Source: Takakia lepidozioides (Eukaryota > Plantae > Bryophyta). From it: 64,000 nucleotides of DNA. The first letter of the stretch is position 1. Each line of letters begins with the position of its first letter. The notes beneath the pieces were generated by a model. It ran no database searches and was not told where the DNA came from. It saw nothing but the letters and a program-made list of their open reading frames with translations. A program made the position numbers and the translations under genes. Where the stretch lies: assembly GCA_030704615.1 (NCBI GenBank), contig CM060734.1:15748001-15812000 (forward strand). The letters run 5' to 3'. This document shows, in pieces, positions 60,855 through 64,000 of the stretch.

Positions 60855-63800
60855 GAGGTTTGCTATTTCATGAGCATGAGCGGCATGAGCAGAGTAGTAA
60901 CACAATCGGTTTTCATGAGCAGAAGTACAAATTTCGAAAATAAAAAAAAACAATAAAAAACAATAATTTAATGCAATGTGTCAGAAAAAGAAAAAACAAA
61001 TATATATTCGGCCCCTTGAAGGGAAAATTGCACTTTTGACAGTTGTGCTCATGATATTTCGTCTTCCGCTCATGCCAATTCCAGTGACATGTGCAAATAT
61101 GGCGCCGAATTTCGCGGTAATAGGGTCCGTAACCTGAAAAAACGGCGACGTATTTCGCGGCAATAGGTCTCTCTGGCGAAAAATGGTGCCGAATTCCGCG
61201 GCTATAGGTCCCCTCATGACAGGTAATTCGGCGCCATTTTTCCAGTGCATGTTCGGACTTAGCCAGTTTTCGGCCCAAAAAAGAGAAATTCGGCGCCATT
61301 TTTCTAGACACCGTACCAGTGCATGTTGGGACTTAGCCAGTTTTCGGCCCCAAAAAGAGAAATTCGGCGCCATTTTCCCAAACACAGGTACCAGTGCATG
61401 TTGGGACTTAGCGAGTTTCGGCCCCAAAAAGAGAAATTCGGCGCCATTTTTCCAGAAATGGCCCCACAACTGCTTCTGTTGGATCTCAGTTTGAATGGAA
61501 TATTGCCTCATTCCAGGAGTTTTGGGGTGCATTTCATTACACTGCAAAAAAAAAGTCTGATACAGCAAAATGCATTTGAAAATATCCATATGGAGGATTC
61601 CGTTTGCCCCATCAATGATTTCTGGAATCCCTAAGGAGGAGTTTGTGCAGCTCGTTCACGCTCAACGCCGGTGCATGAATAAAGTCATCAATAGTCACGT
61701 TCATCCTCAACCTCTTCAGGTAAATGTAATACAGATGTTTGCACGGATAATACTTCGAACCCTTCTTTGCTTCCATCAACGAGAAGTCCGTACAGTTGCA
61801 AGTCGGCTCCACTCCAATCATAATTGTGTATACATCGTCGCGTACAGCCGAGCCGGCCGTTGCCATCCGATACACACGCCCAAGGCGGGTGGGGGTACGT
61901 CCACGGAGCTCTAAATAGTGCAAGCCATCCCAAGAGCATTGGCAATCCGAGTCTCATTCAACTGTTGGGAGGGTGTCGTCTCTTCACTCTTCCGAATCGC
62001 ATTGTGGGATGTGCAGAATTGTCCAATCCGTCTCTACTGGACCGAGCAGTCTGCAATGGCTGGGTCTGAGGAACCGGAAATGCATGGGCCGGGATGTCTG
62101 TGCGTTGCACCATTCGAAATCTTGCTGCAGATAGAGCATCCGCCTCATTCTGAGAGAGGCTGCAACCCGGTGCAACAGGCCAGACGCCCGGAGGCTCCGG
62201 CATTCCCTGAATCCCGTACTTGGGCTTGCCAAATACACAGGTCATTATGTCGTGCCTACAGAACCAAAATGTCTGCGTTGTGGCGTGAGCAAATGTGGGA
62301 GTCAAAAATTTGCCGCTGAAACAAGGTGCAGGTACAGCACCGTGTGGGTTCCTCCGAATCATCTCACCACAGCGTGCTCTCGTATCCACCCGGATGGCGC
62401 AACACTTCCCTCGAAATGCCGGCAATGTCCTCGCAATTCTCCACTGTGACTCCGACACTCTTGTCTCCACAATGGGAATGTTGTATTGCTTTACTACAGA
62501 TGGCTCGTTATGTTGCCGGGGCACGTGCCCTGTGCTCAAAGGAGATGGCGATCTTGAACGTGCAGGACTTGCGGTGCTCGACGAGACCTCCTCGGACAAC
62601 ATCACCGGACCACGAGGGAGCGTGCGAATATTCTTGTCAGCTCGCCATGAATCCTCTTCTCCGCCAGGTGCCTCGTCAAGTCTTCGTCTCACTGGACGGG
62701 TATGAACATCTCTTTCCAAATGTTGGCCTCTTCGCAGCAATGGCGTGTCCCCGAAGGCCCTCTCGCAAGGCCGCCGCCCACTTCCGAGGATTCTTCGATC
62801 TGGAGGCAGTCCGCATCAGCATTTCCTGCCTGTCCGGCCCAAGCCCCACTGTTTCCCTTTCAAGAACTCGTTGTACCTGCATTGCTGCATAATTGACCTC
62901 ACAATGTCCTCCGTTGTGGCAGTGAGGATGTCCACCAGATGCGCCGCAGAGGAGGCACGCCAGGAAGAGTGCACTGATTCGACCATGTTTGGTGTCGTGG
63001 GCATGTCGGTGTCGGAGTCGAGACACATTTCCTGCACAAGCACATGTTCAGGTTACAAGCAAGTTACAAATATAGCCAAGAATAATATCCAACGGGACGC
63101 GAATTCGTGCAACTCACCTCCCGCATATAGTCGCCGAACTGGAGGAAACGATAATGCCACCATGCTAGCCAACTGACCATTGCTCCTTCGTCTGATTTCC
63201 TTACAGCACCTGACGATGTCCACCAAGCCCGTATGCATGCAAACTGTGTCTCTGCATCATCCAAGGTGGGAGCGCGCTTCCACGCAAGGCACATGGAACG
63301 GTGCTCCTCTCTGAAATCTGGCGCCACGAGCCTGGTTGTGTACTGCGAAAGGCTCTGCAGAAAATGGAACCCACAAGATCTCTCCTTGCCTTCCATGGGA
63401 ACATTGGGGTCTTGCCCGTACACCCTTCGGATGGCAGCCCAATTTGCTTGTGCGTTGTCCGCCATGAAACCACGGAAATTGGGAGGGGGCAATCCCGCCT
63501 TGGCCATCTGTTCGTTTATTCCCTGCCAAAGAAGCATCTCCGATTGTGTGTCCTCTCTTTTCATCTCACAAATAGCAATTGTCATTAGCATCCTGCAGTG
63601 GGTGTCGTAGACATGTGCACCCATTGTCACCCACTGGTGATTTGTAATTCGCTTGATATGGTCGAACATGACCCAACTGTTTGACAAGTTCCCACTCGTC
63701 ATCCTGTCGACCAGTTCGACGCCACTGCCAGGTCCACACGTGGACATTTTGAATACGAAACAACGATCTGCCTCAGTCCCTTGTCCTGGAAACCTACTTC

Positions 63801-64000
63801 CATGAATGTAGTCATATCCACATTGTCGCTTCACCTCCAGAATGGAGTGCATATCCGAGCCACGCCCAATTTTCTGTTTGCATGAGACAATGTGGTTTCG
63901 GACATTCGGTGAACATACGTGGGACACCGACTCCAGCAATGCCTCCATTTCCTTCTCGTCGAGAGGAACTCTATCGGAGCCGTCTTCCGACATAATTCTG
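60855..64000 (-). mobile_element. MULE copy E, inverted, nested in the subterminal repeat of copy D; continues beyond the window
   Basis: Starts with the right TIR GAGGTTTGCTATTTCATGAGC at 60855, then subterminal repeats and the transposase 3' end on the minus strand. Confidence 0.93.
61612..64000 (-). pseudogene. MULE transposase 3' part, copy E
   Basis: ORF 63064-63993 is open across both Asp motifs and CxxH. It has CAG and CGA where copy B has TAG and TGA. A few frameshifts or stops remain (~62830, ~61960, ~61915). Confidence 0.88.

Overview
Eukaryotic, plant-like (spliceosomal introns) repeat-dense region; the species cannot be identified from sequence alone. No ordinary host genes or RNA genes are recognisable. 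Bases 1-6249 are a ~1.34-kb tandem array. From 12 kb onward the window is a tangle of five partial, nested and inverted copies (A-E) of one ~13-kb Mutator-like (MULE) DNA transposon with short imperfect TIRs and an inferred 8-bp TSD. The element carries two divergently transcribed genes. One is a GCM-like Zn-finger + DDE + SWIM transposase. The other is a ~10-exon, ~1,480-aa cargo gene fusing a ParB/Sulfiredoxin-like domain (FYVWDGNHR) to a bacterial/phage-type beta-class amino (N6A/N4C) DNA-methyltransferase fold with a non-canonical DIPDG motif IV. The element's intergenic region, one cargo intron and its right subterminal region are filled with arrays of one palindromic motif (GGATGGAAATTCGGCGCCGAATTTCCATCC and variants). 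A strongly diverged second ParB-MTase gene (34.2-38.9 kb) keeps most intron positions and the DIPDG motif, but has a different palindrome (TGAATGTCGTTGACGACATTCA) arrayed in the orthologous intron. This suggests a family of transposon-borne ParB-MTase proteins paired with family-specific sites (inference). All element termini abut DNA from one ~3-kb neighbourhood, producing giant inverted repeats consistent with local or alternative transposition. Most copies carry stops or 1-bp indels, some of which may be sequencing errors. Gene models and domain calls were made by eye.
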